This document shows positions 62,041 to 64,000 of a DNA stretch of 64,000 bases, piece by piece. This DNA comes from an uncultured bacterium (lineage in GTDB: Bacteria; Eisenbacteria; RBG-16-71-46), in NCBI GenBank assembly GCA_964655175.1, contig CAZZLY010000003.1, forward strand, positions 18,259 through 82,258, in the 5' to 3' direction. A program made the position numbers and the translations under genes. The stretch's first letter is position 1. Each line of letters starts with the position of its first letter. The notes below the pieces were generated by a model. It saw nothing but the letters and a program-made list of their open reading frames with translations, was not told the origin of the DNA and did no database searches.

Positions 62041-62649
62041 ATGACCGACCCCCGCGACAACCCGTTCCGCACCCTCGCCCAGGCCGCCCCGGCCAAGCCG
62101 ACCCCCGAGCTCGTCATGCCGATGAGCGAGGAGGACCGCCTCCGCGAGGAGCTCGAGAGCAGCATCCTGTTCACGACCGTCGAGAGCGTCGTGAACTGGG
62201 CGCGCTCCAACGCCATCTGGCCGCTCGGCTTCGGGCTCGCGTGCTGCGCCATCGAGATGATGGCCATCGCCGGCCCGAGGTTCGACGTCTCGCGCTTCGG
62301 CGCCGAGGTGTTCCGCGGCAGCCCGCGCCAGGCCGATCTCATGATCGTGGCCGGTCGCGTGAGCATCAAGATGGCGCCCGTGCTGCGGCAGCTCTACGAC
62401 CAGATGCCCGATCCCAAGTGGGTCATCGCGATGGGCGCGTGCAGCTCGTGCGGCGGCGTGTTCAACAACTACGCGATCCTGCAGGGCGTGGACAAGATCG
62501 TGCCCGTCGACGTGTACGTGCCGGGTTGCCCGCCGCGTCCCGAGGGCCTGATCCACGGCATCATGAAGCTGCAGGAGAAGATCCTCGTCTCGAAGGTCGA
62601 GATCGGTCCGTTCCCGCGCAAGCTCAAGAAGCGGAAGGGAGCCGTCTGA
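62041..62649 (+). CDS. nuoB: NADH-quinone oxidoreductase subunit B
   Basis: [20 protein letters not shown] and GCPPRPE (N2 cluster ligands). Confidence 0.95.
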   Translation: MTDPRDNPFRTLAQAAPAKPTPELVMPMSEEDRLREELESSILFTTVESVVNWARSNAIWPLGFGLACCAIEMMAIAGPRFDVSRFGAEVFRGSPRQADLMIVAGRVSIKMAPVLRQLYDQMPDPKWVIAMGACSSCGGVFNNYAILQGVDKIVPVDVYVPGCPPRPEGLIHGIMKLQEKILVSKVEIGPFPRKLKKRKGAV

Positions 62650-62650
62650 C

Positions 62651-63214
62651 ATGGCCCTCACCCCGGAGCGGGTCGAGCAGCGCCTGCGTGAGCGCTTCCC
62701 CAACGTCGCGTTCGAGCGCCAGCAGGGCGAGGCGGTGCGCGACTTCACGCTGTTCGTGCCGGCCGACGCGCTCGTCGCGGTGTGCACGTTCCTGCGCGAC
62801 GACGCCGAACTCGCGTTCACGATGCTGCCGTGGATGGGTGGCGCCGACTACCTGCCGCGCGTGCCGCGCTTCGAGTGCGTGTACAACCTGCTCTCGCTCG
62901 AGAACCGGCTGCGCTTCACGCTCAAGGTGCTCGTGACCGAGGAGCAGCCGCGCGTGCCCAGCATCGTCGGCGTGTGGCCCACCGCCAACTGGCACGAGCG
63001 CGAGACCTACGACTTCTACGGCATCACCTTCACCGGTCACCCGGATCTCACGCGCATCCTGCTGCCCGAGGACTGGGTGGGTTGGCCGCTGCGCAAGGAT
63101 TCGCCGCTCGGTTACGAGGAAGTGGCGTTCACGCACAACACGCCGGGTCGCCGTGAGCCCTCGCCGAGCCTCAAGAAACTCGCACCCAAGAAGGTCCGCT
63201 ACCGTGCGCAGTGA
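62651..63214 (+). CDS. nuoC: NADH-quinone oxidoreductase subunit C
   Basis: VWPTANWHERETYDFYGITFTGHPDLTRILLPEDW is the 30-kDa subunit signature. It is separate from nuoD, not fused. Confidence 0.9.
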   Translation: MALTPERVEQRLRERFPNVAFERQQGEAVRDFTLFVPADALVAVCTFLRDDAELAFTMLPWMGGADYLPRVPRFECVYNLLSLENRLRFTLKVLVTEEQPRVPSIVGVWPTANWHERETYDFYGITFTGHPDLTRILLPEDWVGWPLRKDSPLGYEEVAFTHNTPGRREPSPSLKKLAPKKVRYRAQ

Positions 63215-64000
63215 GACGATGACCATCAACATGGGCCCGCAGCACCCCTCGACGCACGGGGTGCTCCGAGTGGCCCTGGAGCTCGACGGCGAGAACGTCG
63301 TCGCCTGCAAGCCCATCATCGGTTATCTGCACACCGGCATGGAGAAGCAGGCGGAGTACAAGACGTACACGCAGAGCATCCCGCAGACCGATCGCATGGA
63401 TTACATCTCGCCGATGAGCAACAACCTCGCGTTGTGCCTCTCGGCCGAGAAGCTGCTCGGCGTCACCGTGCCGGAGCGCGTCCAGGCCATCCGCGTGCTG
63501 CTCACCGAGCTGACGCGCATCAGCGCGCACTGCGTCTGGCTGGGCACGCACGCCATCGACATCGGCGCCCTCACGGTGTTCTGGTACTGCTTCCGTGAGC
63601 GCGAGAAGGTGTTGAGCATCTACGACATGGTGTCCGGCGCGCGCATGACCTCGAGCTACTTCCGGGTCGGCGGTCTGGCGATGGACATCCCCGCGGGCTT
63701 CCTCGATCGCTGCGAGAAGTTCATCGACGAGATGCCGGCGCACATCGACGAGTACGAGTCGCTGCTCACCAAGAACCCCATCTGGATCGCGCGCACGCGC
63801 GGCGTCGCGCCGCTGTCGGCGAAGGATGCGATCGCCTGGGGCGTCACCGGTCCGACGCTGCGCGGCTCCGGGGTGAAGTGGGACCTGCGCAAGGACCAGC
63901 CGTACTCGGGCTACGAGACCTACGATTTCGAGGTGCCGGTGGGCACCGTGGGCGACGCCTACGACCGCTTCCAGGTCCGCGTCGCGGAGATGCGCCAGTC
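63204..64000 (+). CDS. nuoD: NADH-quinone oxidoreductase subunit D (5' partial, runs off the window end)
   Basis: This gene is not in the ORF track because there is no stop inside the window. My own translation from GTG 63204 (or ATG 63219) gives (VRSET)MTINMGPQHPSTHGVLRVALELDGENVVACKPIIGYLHTGMEKQAEYKTYTQ..., the 49-kDa subunit signature. It overlaps the nuoC stop. Confidence 0.9.
   Translation, partial: MRSETMTINMGPQHPSTHGVLRVALELDGENVVACKPIIGYLHTGMEKQAEYKTYTQSIPQTDRMDYISPMSNNLALCLSAEKLLGVTVPERVQAIRVLLTELTRISAHCVWLGTHAIDIGALTVFWYCFREREKVLSIYDMVSGARMTSSYFRVGGLAMDIPAGFLDRCEKFIDEMPAHIDEYESLLTKNPIWIARTRGVAPLSAKDAIAWGVTGPTLRGSGVKWDLRKDQPYSGYETYDFEVPVGTVGDAYDRFQVRVAEMRQ

Noticed and set aside
1-64000. 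Scan for CRISPR arrays, rRNA/tRNA genes, transposases, integrases, phage genes and long direct or inverted repeats
   Set aside because: No regularly spaced repeats, no rRNA-like stretches, and no DDE or tyrosine-recombinase-like ORFs were seen. Apart from short intergenic dips, composition is uniform. The window looks like core chromosome rather than a mobile island.

Overview
Very GC-rich bacterial chromosomal segment. All six frames carry long Arg/Ala/Gly/Pro-rich shadow ORFs, so frames were chosen by protein-like composition, recognisable motifs, start/RBS context and operon geometry. All family calls come from motif recognition by eye; no database search was run. I support 57 protein genes, 4 hairpin terminators and 1 operator-like site. 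I saw no rRNA, tRNA, CRISPR array, transposase or integrase.

Main blocks, left to right:
- A secreted repeat protein and a tricorn-like S41 protease.
- A stop/start-coupled operon: histidine phosphatase, double glycosyltransferase fusion, APH-fold kinase.
- A 715-nt gene-free gap between convergent genes.
- FMN reductase, a TMTC-like membrane protein with TPR repeats, a P450, an HDOD protein, an SRPBCC protein and YebC.
- An M1 peptidase.
- A TatT/DctP pair, then fabH.
- pilD, plus an 11-gene type IV pilus operon (pilB-pilC-pilA, three minor pilins, pilMNOP-like genes, pilQ).
- A fibronectin-III protein coupled to a PorV/PorQ-like barrel fused to LysM.
- crcB coupled to a 2-oxoacid dehydrogenase operon in E1beta-E2-E1alpha order.
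- MntR and an MntH-Usp fusion.
- A hydrolase / methyltransferase / acyl-CoA ligase cluster.
- An MFS transporter, an XRE-cupin regulator, a heterodimeric ABC exporter and an outer-membrane barrel.
- mobA-lysA, etfBA and the start of the nuo operon (nuoD runs off the window end).

Three secreted proteins share the same FlgD-Ig/T9SS-like C-terminal module. This hints at an FCB-group-like lineage such as Gemmatimonadota or Eisenbacteria, but that is inference only.

The most interesting candidates are the cargo/PorV-LysM pair, the phosphatase-glycosyltransferase-kinase operon and the unexplained convergent gap at 9349-10063. None is proven novel from sequence alone.
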